Origin: Thermoplasmata archaeon
GTDB taxonomy: Archaea; Thermoplasmatota; Thermoplasmata; Lutacidiplasmatales; UBA184
Direction of reading: 5' to 3'
DNA: 64,000 nt
Assembly (NCBI GenBank): GCA_036404475.1
Contig: DASWZL010000080.1
Span: forward strand, 4,811-68,810
The notes below the pieces were generated by a model. That model made no database searches. It had not been told where the DNA came from and was given only the letters and a program-made list of their open reading frames with translations. Shown one piece after another: positions 34,803-43,383 of this stretch. Within the stretch, counting starts at the first letter, position 1. Each line of letters opens with the position of its first letter. The position numbers were made by a program, and so were the translations under genes.

Positions 34803-36923
34803 ATGAGCGCTCCCGCCGAGCCGGGACCGGGACGGACGGGCGGTTGGCGCCTCGCGGACCGGTCGTCCTCCTACCTTCGGAGCGCCGCCGGGCAGCCGAT
34901 CGAGTGGTACCCGTGGGGTCCCGAGCCGTTCGAACTGGCCCGGCGCACGGGGCGTCCGATCCTGCTCGACATCGGAGCCTCGTGGTGCCACTGGTGCCAT
35001 GTCATGGACGAGGGCACCTACTCCGACCCCGAAGTCGCCCACCTATTGCTCCAGCACTTCGTGGCGGTCAAGGTCGACCGCGATGAGCACCCCGAGATCG
35101 ACCGGAGGTACCAGCGGCAGGTCGGGGCGCTCACGGGCGAGGGCGGTTGGCCTCTCACGGCGTTCTTGACCCCCGAAGGGGAGGTCTTTCTCGGCGGTAC
35201 CTACTTCCCCCCGACGGACGGGCACGGCCGTCCCGGCTTCCGTCGAGTCCTCAAGGAGGTCTCCCGGCTGTGGCACGAGGAACCCGAGCGAATCCGAGAG
35301 AACACGCAAGCGATCCAGAGCGCTCTTACGCGGATGCGAGAGGCCCGGTCGCCGGCGGACCGACCGCTCGATGCCTTCGTCGAGAGCGTGCGCGGGGAGA
35401 TCCATTCGAGCTATGACCCGGTCAACGGCGGCTTCGGGATGGCGCCCAAGTTCCCCCACCCGACGGCCGTGTCCTTCCTCCTCTGGGACGGGTTCGAGCA
35501 CGGGGATCCCACGAGCACCGAGCGCGCTCACGAGACGCTCACCCGGATGGCCGACGGCGGTCTCCTCGACCAGGTGGGGGGCGGGTTCCATCGGTATTCC
35601 GTGGACGAAGGCTGGCACATCCCTCATTTCGAAAAGATGGGGGTTGACAACGCCGCCCTCTTGGGCGTGTACGTGGAGGGAGCAGCCCGGTTCTTGGACC
35701 CCCGGCTCGAGGAGGTCGTTCGGTCGACCGTCGGCTGGGTGCGGGAGGTCCTCGAGGACCCGCGGGGTGGGTTCGGGGCGAGCCAGGACGCGGACAACGC
35801 CCCCGGCGACGACGGAGGGTACTTCACCTGGTCCCGCTCCGAGCTCAAGGAAGCGCTCGCCTCGGACGAGCTTCGTCTCGTCACGCGGTTCTTCGGGGTC
35901 GGGACCGATGGGCGAATGCCCCACGACCCCGACCGGAACGTCCTCTTCCGGCTCCTGCCCCTCGCGGAGGCCGCCGAGGGTGTGTACCCGCCGGGAGCGG
36001 CCGCGCCGGCGCTCGCACGGGCCATCGCGAAGCTTCGTGCCGTGCGATCGAACCGTCCGACGCCCCCAGTGGACCGTGCGGTCTATGCCGACATCAACGG
36101 CCGTTTCATCGCATCGTTCGCACGGGCCGGTGCGTTCCTGGGCGACCGTTTGGTCGTCGCCGACGCTCGGAAGGCCGCCGACCGGCTCCTGAAGGAAGCG
36201 TTCCGTCCGGGGCAGGGGGTCGGTCACCGGGTCGACCCCGACGGAGCGCGAGGGTTCGGGCTTCTCGAGGACCAGGTCGCCGTCGCCTCGGGTCTCCTCG
36301 AGCTTTCGGGAGTGCTCGCGGAGCCGAAGTATCTCGAGACGGCGGTCGCCCTCCTCGAGCTCGTCGACCGGGAGTTCCGCGGAGAGGACGGCCTCCTCCG
36401 CGACCTGTCGCCGGGCCTGTACGACGGGTCGGTGGTCGGAGGGGTGACCGAGCCCTCCTACCCGCTCGAGGACAGTCCCCATCTTTCCGCGAACGCCTCC
36501 GCCGCGATCTCGTTCCTCCGGGCGGGATCCCTCACGCACGACGACCGCTGGACGGAGAAGGCCCGCGCCCTCCTCGGGCCGATCACCCGCCGCGTCGGAA
36601 ACGCCGGTCTCTTCGTTGGCGGCTCCGCGCTGGCCGCGGGACTCCTCACGACTCCGCCCGCCACGGTCGTCGTCGAGGGGGAGGGGGCCGAAGCCGAGGC
36701 GCTCCTCCGAGCGGCCCGTCGGGCTTGGCACCCCAACGTATGGGTGTTCTCCGGGCACCCGCCGCCGCCGTTCTCTCTCCCCGGGGAGATGGCGGGGCAA
36801 GGTGCTCCGAAGGAGGCCCGGGCCCTCGTCTGCTTCGGGACCGCGTGCGCGCCGCCGGTCACCGACCCGGGGGCGCTCGGTCCGCTGCTCGCGGCCGGCG
36901 GGCGTGCTCGGACAGGGTCGTGA
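34803..36923 (+). CDS. Thioredoxin-domain protein, DUF255/YyaL (SSP411-like) family
   Basis: 706 aa. WYPWGPEPFELARRTGRPILLDIGASWCHWCHVM and the following (alpha/alpha)6-like region fit this family. Confidence 0.85.
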   Translation: MSAPAEPGPGRTGGWRLADRSSSYLRSAAGQPIEWYPWGPEPFELARRTGRPILLDIGASWCHWCHVMDEGTYSDPEVAHLLLQHFVAVKVDRDEHPEIDRRYQRQVGALTGEGGWPLTAFLTPEGEVFLGGTYFPPTDGHGRPGFRRVLKEVSRLWHEEPERIRENTQAIQSALTRMREARSPADRPLDAFVESVRGEIHSSYDPVNGGFGMAPKFPHPTAVSFLLWDGFEHGDPTSTERAHETLTRMADGGLLDQVGGGFHRYSVDEGWHIPHFEKMGVDNAALLGVYVEGAARFLDPRLEEVVRSTVGWVREVLEDPRGGFGASQDADNAPGDDGGYFTWSRSELKEALASDELRLVTRFFGVGTDGRMPHDPDRNVLFRLLPLAEAAEGVYPPGAAAPALARAIAKLRAVRSNRPTPPVDRAVYADINGRFIASFARAGAFLGDRLVVADARKAADRLLKEAFRPGQGVGHRVDPDGARGFGLLEDQVAVASGLLELSGVLAEPKYLETAVALLELVDREFRGEDGLLRDLSPGLYDGSVVGGVTEPSYPLEDSPHLSANASAAISFLRAGSLTHDDRWTEKARALLGPITRRVGNAGLFVGGSALAAGLLTTPPATVVVEGEGAEAEALLRAARRAWHPNVWVFSGHPPPPFSLPGEMAGQGAPKEARALVCFGTACAPPVTDPGALGPLLAAGGRARTGS

Positions 36924-37719
36924 GAACGCCGAGGTCGGTGCCGTCCAGCAGATAGGCCCGGGCGACCCCGTCGGCGAGGAACCGGCGGTAGAGGAACGAA
37001 CGGCCGCGCGCCGGTCGTTCGCGGTTCAACGCCTCCGTACCGGCGATCGGGTTGAACGCAGGAAGGATGACGACCTCCCGGGCCTGAGGCTCGATGTGAC
37101 GACGGCGGCGCGACGCCTTCGCTCCGGAGGGGACCCGCTCGACCCGGACCCAGCAGCGACGTTTTCCCTCGGGGTCCTCCGCCGTGGGGGCGAGCCGGAA
37201 CCCCGGATGCAGGTGTCCGGCCACCAACCGCCGGGCCCGTAGGACCTTGTTCGACGGCCATCGGTGGCCGTGGAAGATTCCGACCTCTCCTCGCACGACC
37301 CCGGTCGCCGGGTGGACGAGGACCTCGCGGGGCAGATGGCGAACGATCCCGACGTCGTGGTTGCCGAGGACGAGCTCGACCGTCAGTCCCGCTCGCAGGA
37401 GCTCGGCGAAGAAGTCGAAGACCACGGGTCGGAGCGCGGGCGGCGTCCCGACGATCGGATGCTTCGCGTCCCCGGCGACGACGACCGTCTCGGCCCGGGT
37501 CGAGCGCACGACCTCGAGGAGCCTCTCGGCGAGGCGGTCGGCCGAACCCTCGGGAGGGCCGAGGGACCGCTCGGGGGTGCTGCCGAGGCCGAGGTGGACG
37601 TCCGCGATGACGAGCGTCCTCGCTTCGGCTCGCCCGGCCGGTTCGATGACCAGCGCCGGCGCGCCCGGCACCGGGCGAAGGGGGCTCTCCACGACCCCCC
37701 CCAACGGCCCCGCGGCCAA
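36859..37719 (-). CDS. Calcineurin-like metallophosphoesterase (SbcD/MJ0037-like small family)
   Basis: LVIADVHLG, VVAGDAKH, LGNHD, FHGH and AGHLHP are present. The start is uncertain: TTG 37719, TTG 37704 or GTG 37692. The remainder of the 631-aa ORF in the track is antisense to the HTH regulator gene. Confidence 0.7.
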   Translation of the reverse strand: MAAGPLGGVVESPLRPVPGAPALVIEPAGRAEARTLVIADVHLGLGSTPERSLGPPEGSADRLAERLLEVVRSTRAETVVVAGDAKHPIVGTPPALRPVVFDFFAELLRAGLTVELVLGNHDVGIVRHLPREVLVHPATGVVRGEVGIFHGHRWPSNKVLRARRLVAGHLHPGFRLAPTAEDPEGKRRCWVRVERVPSGAKASRRRRHIEPQAREVVILPAFNPIAGTEALNRERPARGRSFLYRRFLADGVARAYLLDGTDLGVLTTLSEHARRPRAADRAPPGR

Positions 37720-37772
37720 GACGGTTCTTGGTGGGTGGGGCGTCCCACTCTCCGAGAGCTCGGACCATGCTC

Positions 37773-37784
37773 TTTTATATAAAA
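37773..37784. promoter_or_regulatory. Perfectly palindromic TATA element TTTTATATAAAA, bidirectional
   Basis: This 12-bp A/T-only perfect palindrome is the most AT-rich spot in the window. It lies between divergent genes: the plus-strand start at 37816 is about 37 bp from its centre, and the minus-strand starts lie at 37719 or below. Confidence 0.6.
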
Positions 37785-37815
37785 GAAGTAAGTGGATTAT
37801 TCTGGGGGGAGCCGG

Positions 37816-38805
37816 TTGCAGTCTGCGCGGGAGCATTCGATCGAACACATCCGCGAGCTGCTCGAGCGTGCGGGATTCTACGTCGCGGACACGCACGCGA
37901 TCCGGCCGACCAGCTTCGACCTCGCGGCCCGTCGGGACGCTATGCTCCTCCTGGTCAAGGTGCTCAAGAACATCGATGCCCTGGACTCCGAGGAGGCCAC
38001 CCGCCTCCGCGAGCTCGGGCATCTCTTCCCGGCAATCACCCTGGTGATCGGTCAGACGTCGGGCGCCTCCGACCTTGACCCCGGGGTGGTCTACACCCGC
38101 TACGGAGTCCCGATCATCAACGAGGAGACGCTCCAAGAGTTCCTCGAGAAGGCGCTCCCCCCGTTCCTGTATGCGAGCCCCGGAGGCACGTTCGCCCAGG
38201 TGGACGGACCGCGTCTCCGACAGCTGCGGAACGAACGGGGCCTCTCTCTCGGAACCCTCGCCAGCATCGCCGGCGTCTCCCGCCGAGCGATCCAGCTCTA
38301 CGAGGAGAGCGCGGGCGCGGAAGCGCTCGTCATCGAACGGATCGAGACGTTCCTCGGCGAAACCGTCGTGAAACCGATTGACCTGTTCGATTGGTCGGCC
38401 CGAGCCCGCGACGCGGCCGCGGGAGAGAAGGCGACCGACGGTTCCGAGCCGGCGACGGCGCGCTCGCATCCCAGTACCGGGGACACGCTGCGGGACGGGG
38501 TCGTCCGGCAGTTGGACGGGATGGGACTCGAGGTCACGGTGACCGTGCGGGCTCCGTTCGATGCGCTCGCCCGTACGCCGGAGGTCCTGCTCGCCGCCGT
38601 CGGAAGTTTGAGGACCGCGCTCCACCGGGCCGAGGTCCTCCCCGGTTTGGCCCGGGTGGCCGAAGGACACGCGGTGTTCATCGTCCGGGACCCCGTCACC
38701 CGCTCGGCGATCGCCGGCCTGCCCATCCTGACGATCACCGAGCTCCGACGGCACCGCGACCCGGACGAACTGATCGAGGAGATCACCGAGCGGGAAGGCC
38801 CGTGA
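37816..38805 (+). CDS. Archaeal HTH (XRE-type) transcriptional regulator, about 330 aa (COG1395-like as I recall)
   Basis: Central HTH LRQLRNERGLSLGTLASIAGVSRRAIQLYE, flanked by conserved N- and C-terminal domains. TTG 37816 is preferred over GTG 37792, which lies only 8 bp from the TATA element. Confidence 0.7.
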   Translation: MQSAREHSIEHIRELLERAGFYVADTHAIRPTSFDLAARRDAMLLLVKVLKNIDALDSEEATRLRELGHLFPAITLVIGQTSGASDLDPGVVYTRYGVPIINEETLQEFLEKALPPFLYASPGGTFAQVDGPRLRQLRNERGLSLGTLASIAGVSRRAIQLYEESAGAEALVIERIETFLGETVVKPIDLFDWSARARDAAAGEKATDGSEPATARSHPSTGDTLRDGVVRQLDGMGLEVTVTVRAPFDALARTPEVLLAAVGSLRTALHRAEVLPGLARVAEGHAVFIVRDPVTRSAIAGLPILTITELRRHRDPDELIEEITEREGP

Positions 38806-39449
38806 TCACGGCGAAGTTCGAGAACGCGCCCGGGATCCTCCTGATCGCTCCGGTCCGCGGCCTCGTCTCCGAGGTTCCCCGGGTCCTCTCCGAGCTGGAC
38901 GCTTTCGCGCCGGCGCGGGTGGGTCTGGGCGTCTCGAGCGACGAGCTTGGGAGCCTTCTCGATTACTTCGTCACCGCGGACGCGGAACCGATCGTCCCCC
39001 TGACCGACAACGAGACGAGCGAGGTCCGCGGGCTCGTCCGCTTCGGCGAGGTTCGGGTCCCGAACCCATCGTTCGTCGAGGCCCTCCGGTGGGCGTGGTC
39101 GCGCGGCCTCCCGACCGAGCCACTGGACCCGGACGACGAACGCACGGCCGCGCTCTTCGCCGAGCACATTGGCTACCTCGAGCTCGTTCGTCGGACGGTC
39201 CGGGAGCATCGCATCTCGCGCAGCCCCCCCACTCCCTCGTCCCCCGACGAGTTCGCTCTCCAGTGGGACCGAGAGACCGCGTCGGGTCGGGGCTCCCGCG
39301 AATTCGCGGAGGCCCGTGACCAGCATCTCGTCGGCCGGCTCCCCGCGCTCACGGCCGACCGGAGGCCGCTCGCGGTCGTGGTCGACCGAGAGCGGTTCGA
39401 CTCGATCCGGAGCCTGCTCACACAGGGGCCCCCGTCCACGATCGCGTAG
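38802..39449 (+). CDS. Hypothetical protein, TraB-like layout but lacking GxxH motifs
   Basis: 215 aa. The GTG overlaps the regulator stop (GTGA). By eye it is collinear with the TraB protein at 3594-4310: ILLIAPVRG vs VLVLGSAHV, and EARDQHLVGRL..LAVVVDRERFDSIRSLL vs DDRNEHMADRL..AAVVGDAHLEGLRTAL. Confidence 0.5.
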   Translation: MITAKFENAPGILLIAPVRGLVSEVPRVLSELDAFAPARVGLGVSSDELGSLLDYFVTADAEPIVPLTDNETSEVRGLVRFGEVRVPNPSFVEALRWAWSRGLPTEPLDPDDERTAALFAEHIGYLELVRRTVREHRISRSPPTPSSPDEFALQWDRETASGRGSREFAEARDQHLVGRLPALTADRRPLAVVVDRERFDSIRSLLTQGPPSTIA

Positions 39450-39464
39450 GGGCGAACGGGCGGC

Positions 39465-40007
39465 TCACTCCTCACGCGCGAGGATCTTCTCGAGTACCGC
39501 CCGGCCCGCTCGGCGGAACTCGTCGAGCGTGCCCTCGTTCACGAGCATCCCGTCGGCCACGGCAAATGCGTTGCCGATGCCCCACTTGAGCTCCCGTCGG
39601 TCCCGGTCGAAGAACTCCTGGAGGTCGGCCGCGTCGTCCGCGCGGCTGCGGCTCGCCATCCGGTCGTGCCGGGTCTCGGGAGAGGCATAGATCCCGAGCA
39701 CGAACAGGTCACCGAAGTTGTGACGGAAGACGGTCACTTCGGTATCGGACCGGCACCCGTCGACCAACATTCGGGTCTCGGTCAACTTCGGGATCGCGCG
39801 CTGTGCCCAGATCCCCGGTCCGTGCTTGTCGCGCTCCTCGGACGCGACCCGTGCGACGTTCGAGTTCGAGATCGGAAGCCCGCGGCGGCGCGTCTCGTCG
39901 CGGACGAGGTCGCCCATCTTCAGGGTCGCGAGGCCCATCGCGCGGGCGACGCCCACGAGCTCGTCCTTGCCCGAGCCGGGCATGCCCACGGTGACGATGA
40001 GTTTCAT
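39465..40007 (-). CDS. P-loop nucleotide/nucleoside kinase-like protein (UPF0200/dephospho-CoA-kinase-like fold)
   Basis: 180 aa. MKLIVTVGMPGSGKDE (Walker A) is present, and size and layout resemble the small archaeal adenylate-kinase-like proteins. Confidence 0.7.
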   Translation of the reverse strand: MKLIVTVGMPGSGKDELVGVARAMGLATLKMGDLVRDETRRRGLPISNSNVARVASEERDKHGPGIWAQRAIPKLTETRMLVDGCRSDTEVTVFRHNFGDLFVLGIYASPETRHDRMASRSRADDAADLQEFFDRDRRELKWGIGNAFAVADGMLVNEGTLDEFRRAGRAVLEKILAREE

Positions 40008-40630
40008 AGCGAGGAGGGCGGCTCGTCGGAGGACCCCTTCGGGGTGTCCGCGGTCGCCTTGAGGTGGTCCGCGACCTCGTGCTCGGAGACCATCTGGAGT
40101 CGGTCCGCCCGTTGCCGGTACGCGGCCGCTTCCTGCTCCTCGAGACGCGCGGTCTCCAGATACCGGTCGACCTTGACCTTGAGCTCGGCGGTCTTCTGGG
40201 TCTTGGTCGCGGCCCGCAGCTCCAGGGCCCGGGCCTTCTGCTGGCGGTCGACCACCTTCTGCTGAAGCTTGCGGACGCGATAGTGCATGCTCGTTACGTC
40301 GGAGCCGATGGGGGCGCCCCCGGTCTTCTTGGTCGCCGCCTCGATGTCCCGCTCCTGCTGCTTCATCTCCTGCTCGATCTCGGGGATCTGAGCGAGGGCC
40401 CGCTGACCCCTCTCCCGCAGGAGGGTGGCCTGGTGCCGGAGCTTATCGATACGGGTGTTGAGCCGGGCGACCCGCTGCTGGGCCCGCGCGCTCGCGCGGT
40501 CGTGGCGGGCCGCGATCTCCCGAAGCTTCGTGATGTCCGCGTACTGCTGACCGATCCAGCGGGACCGCCGGGCCGCCAAGGGGGTCGCCGCCCCTATCGG
40601 TTGAGGGGGCTCTCCTCCGCCGGTCGCCAT
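40004..40630 (-). CDS. Coiled-coil protein, unknown function
   Basis: 208 aa. Long heptad-like, Q/R/E/K-rich helices, with no TM segment and no motif I recognise. The stop overlaps the kinase ATG by 4 nt. Confidence 0.55.
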   Translation of the reverse strand: MATGGGEPPQPIGAATPLAARRSRWIGQQYADITKLREIAARHDRASARAQQRVARLNTRIDKLRHQATLLRERGQRALAQIPEIEQEMKQQERDIEAATKKTGGAPIGSDVTSMHYRVRKLQQKVVDRQQKARALELRAATKTQKTAELKVKVDRYLETARLEEQEAAAYRQRADRLQMVSEHEVADHLKATADTPKGSSDEPPSSL

Positions 40631-40692
40631 CAGAACGGAGTGACTCGGACGCGAGATATAGCCGTTGTCTTGCGGACGAAGGCGGGCGAGGG

Positions 40693-42198
40693 CTAGCCCC
40701 GTGCCGGTCGCGGGGGCCGCAGGAACGGGGCCAGGCGGGTCGCGAGGTCCGTGGCCGGGACCCGTTCTTGGGCCTTCGAGTCCCGCGTACGGACCGTGAC
40801 GGTGCCCTGCCTCGGGCCGTCCGCCACCGTCTCTCCATCGACGGTCACGCAGAACGGCGTTCCGGCCTCGTCCATGCGCGCGTAGCGTTTCCCGATCGTC
40901 CCCGCGTCGTCGTACTGGTTCGGGATCCCGGCGGCGGAAAGGTCATCGGAGAGGCGGAGGGCGAACGCGGCGTGCTCTTTCGCGATCAGGGGAAAGACCC
41001 CGACCGGCACGGGCGCGAGGTACGTCGGGAGGCGCCAGACGGTCCGCTCCCCGTCCTTTCCGAGGTGTACGTCGGCGAGCGCCCAGAGGTTGCGGTCGAC
41101 ACCGAACGTGAGCTCGAGCACATGCGGGAGCACGGAGCGGCCCCCGGTCAGCGTCACGGAGAGGTCCCGCCCCGAGCCCTGTCCGTGACGACCGAGGTCG
41201 TAGTCGCCGCGGTAGTGCACCGCCGCGAGCTCCTTGAATCCGCCCAGGCTCTCGAGGTCGGCCTCGACGTCGAACTGGATCCGGTTGTAGAACGCCCTCT
41301 CCTGGTCGGACTTCTCGAGCAGCCGGAGCCGGTCGGCGGGGAATCCGAGCACGTCGCGATAGAACCGGTAGGTGTGAGCGAGATGGAACGCGTAGAACTC
41401 GGGCAAGCCTCCCGCGCTCACGAGGTCTCCCGCGGAGACGAGCTCGACCGCCTCCGACCCCGCGAGCCGTCGCGCGGCCCGGACGACGGGGAGCTTCTCG
41501 TCGCGCACGCGGTCGAACGGAAGCGGGAAGCTCTCGGGGTCGAAGAAGATCTGGAGCTCGGCCTGCGCGAAGGTCCGCATCCGGAACAGCACCTGGCGGG
41601 GCGCGATCTCGTTCCGGTAGGCCTTTCCGACGATCGCGACCCCGAGCGGCAGGGCTCGTCGACCGACGTCCCACATCCGGGGAAAGGAGAGGTAGCTGCT
41701 CTGCGCGGTCTCGGGTCGCAGGTACGCCCGCTCGTGCCCGGTCACGCCGAAGTCGAGCCCGAACATCAGGTTGAACGGCTGGGGGACGTTCAGGGTCGTC
41801 GCTCCGCAGCTCGGGCACTTCACGCCCCGGGCCCGGACGATTTCTCCGATCTCCGCGGGCGTCAGGCCGTCCACCCCCTCGGGTCGGACCTTCTCGAGGA
41901 CGGTGTCCGCTCGGAACGCGTTGTGGCAGGTCTCGCACGTGACTTCGGGGTCGGTGAAGTTCTCGAGATGGCCGGACGCGCGCACGACCGTCTCGGGGAG
42001 GATCTCCGCGGGGTCGATCAGGTAGTAGTCGTGCGAAAGGCCGACGAACCAGGCCGTCCAGGCCTCTTCGATCCGCCGCTTGAGCGACGCGCCGAGGGGA
42101 CCGTAGTCGTAGAGGCCTTGCGCGCCCCCGTAGATCTCGGCGCTCGGCCAGAGGACGCCCCGACGGCGCAACAGTGCGAACAGCTCGTCGCTCTTCAT
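40693..42198 (-). CDS. glyS: Glycine--tRNA ligase (archaeal/eukaryotic dimeric type)
   Basis: 501 aa from ATG 42198. WPSAEIYGGAQGLYDYGPLG, YLRPETAQSSY, FAQAELQIF and the anticodon-binding C-terminus are present. The 55 upstream codons in the ORF track are unsupported. Confidence 0.9.
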   Translation of the reverse strand: MKSDELFALLRRRGVLWPSAEIYGGAQGLYDYGPLGASLKRRIEEAWTAWFVGLSHDYYLIDPAEILPETVVRASGHLENFTDPEVTCETCHNAFRADTVLEKVRPEGVDGLTPAEIGEIVRARGVKCPSCGATTLNVPQPFNLMFGLDFGVTGHERAYLRPETAQSSYLSFPRMWDVGRRALPLGVAIVGKAYRNEIAPRQVLFRMRTFAQAELQIFFDPESFPLPFDRVRDEKLPVVRAARRLAGSEAVELVSAGDLVSAGGLPEFYAFHLAHTYRFYRDVLGFPADRLRLLEKSDQERAFYNRIQFDVEADLESLGGFKELAAVHYRGDYDLGRHGQGSGRDLSVTLTGGRSVLPHVLELTFGVDRNLWALADVHLGKDGERTVWRLPTYLAPVPVGVFPLIAKEHAAFALRLSDDLSAAGIPNQYDDAGTIGKRYARMDEAGTPFCVTVDGETVADGPRQGTVTVRTRDSKAQERVPATDLATRLAPFLRPPRPARG

Positions 42199-43289
42199 CG
42201 CCCCGCGGTCCGCTGTCGGCCCCGGGGCCGGACCCGGACCATAAGGTGTTCGGTGGTGCGCGTGACGACCTGGTAGGCCGGGTCGTCCGGGGGCAATCGA
42301 AGGACGACCGGAGGGACGGGCATCTCCGGAACGACCAGGGCGGCCTCCGGCTCCCCGAGCCACTTCCAGGGTTCGACGAGCGCCGCCCGGGCGAGGAACG
42401 CCGCCGAGACCGGTCGTCGGCGAAGCCGAGAGGCGACGTAGGCGAACTCCATCTCTCGCCAGAGCGACGGGGCGTGGAACATCGCATTGTCGGTCCCAAG
42501 CAGGACGGAGAGCCCGAGCCGTTCCATCGAGCCGAGGTCGGGCTGACGGCCGAACAGCGCGTTCGACCGCGGGCAGACCGCGACCGAGACGCGCTCGTCG
42601 CGCACCATCGCGAGGTCGTCGACGGTCGCCTTCGCGAGGTGGACCAGCAGGTCCGGTCGCGGGTCCAGGTACCGCTCGGGTTTCTCCCGGACCGCTTCGC
42701 TCGCATGGAGGCCGAACTTCCTTCCCGCGGCCCGACAGGCCCGAGCGACGGTCCGACGCGTATCGTCCGTCTCGTCCCGAGCGCTCGAGAGTCCGACCCC
42801 GTCCGCTACCGCGAGGAGCTGGTCGAGCTCGGTCCGGACGACCGGCCGGGCGAGGGGACGCCCCAAGGCGAGGACGCGCACCGAGCTTCCGCGGGCGGCC
42901 TCGCGCAGGAGCTCGACGCCGGGCCGCCCCTCCTCCCGGAAGTCGACGGTCGCGGCGACCCCGTCCCGTTCCATCCGACGGAGCGCGGCGCGGATCGCCC
43001 GGACCTTCTCCGCGGGAGAGGCGCTCGCCAAGAGTCGGAACTTGTAGCCGTGAGGGGGTTGGATGAGCTGAGCGACCGGACCCGGCGGGGGCTCGCGCAC
43101 CGACACCGCATCGCCGAGGTGGGTATGGGCGTTGACCGGGGCGGGGACGACGATCCCTCGAACCGTCCGCTCGCCCCGACGTCGACCTTCGGCGCCCCGG
43201 GTGCCGACCTCGCTGACGCGCCCGTTACGGAAGCGGACGTAGGCCGGTCGTGCGCCGTCGATGTCGAGGATGGCACCTACGACGAGCAT
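42195..43289 (-). CDS. Amidohydrolase-superfamily protein (chlorohydrolase/aminohydrolase-like)
   Basis: 364 aa. PAPVNAHTHLGD (HxH), ..GLHASE.., ..VHL.., ..LGTDN.. are present. The stop overlaps the glyS ATG by 4 nt. Confidence 0.7.
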   Translation of the reverse strand: MLVVGAILDIDGARPAYVRFRNGRVSEVGTRGAEGRRRGERTVRGIVVPAPVNAHTHLGDAVSVREPPPGPVAQLIQPPHGYKFRLLASASPAEKVRAIRAALRRMERDGVAATVDFREEGRPGVELLREAARGSSVRVLALGRPLARPVVRTELDQLLAVADGVGLSSARDETDDTRRTVARACRAAGRKFGLHASEAVREKPERYLDPRPDLLVHLAKATVDDLAMVRDERVSVAVCPRSNALFGRQPDLGSMERLGLSVLLGTDNAMFHAPSLWREMEFAYVASRLRRRPVSAAFLARAALVEPWKWLGEPEAALVVPEMPVPPVVLRLPPDDPAYQVVTRTTEHLMVRVRPRGRQRTAGR

Positions 43290-43383
43290 GCCGCCTTCCG
43301 CGGGAACCTTCCGGCGGCTTAAGCGGCTTACCGGGTGCCCCCAAGCGATAAGCGACCGGGGGGCTCACAGGATTCCGCCGACC

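Noticed and set aside
36859-38754. 631-aa minus-strand ORF read as one gene.
   Set aside because: Only the C-terminal ~287 aa carry metallophosphoesterase motifs. The rest runs through the palindromic TATA element and is antisense to the HTH regulator gene.
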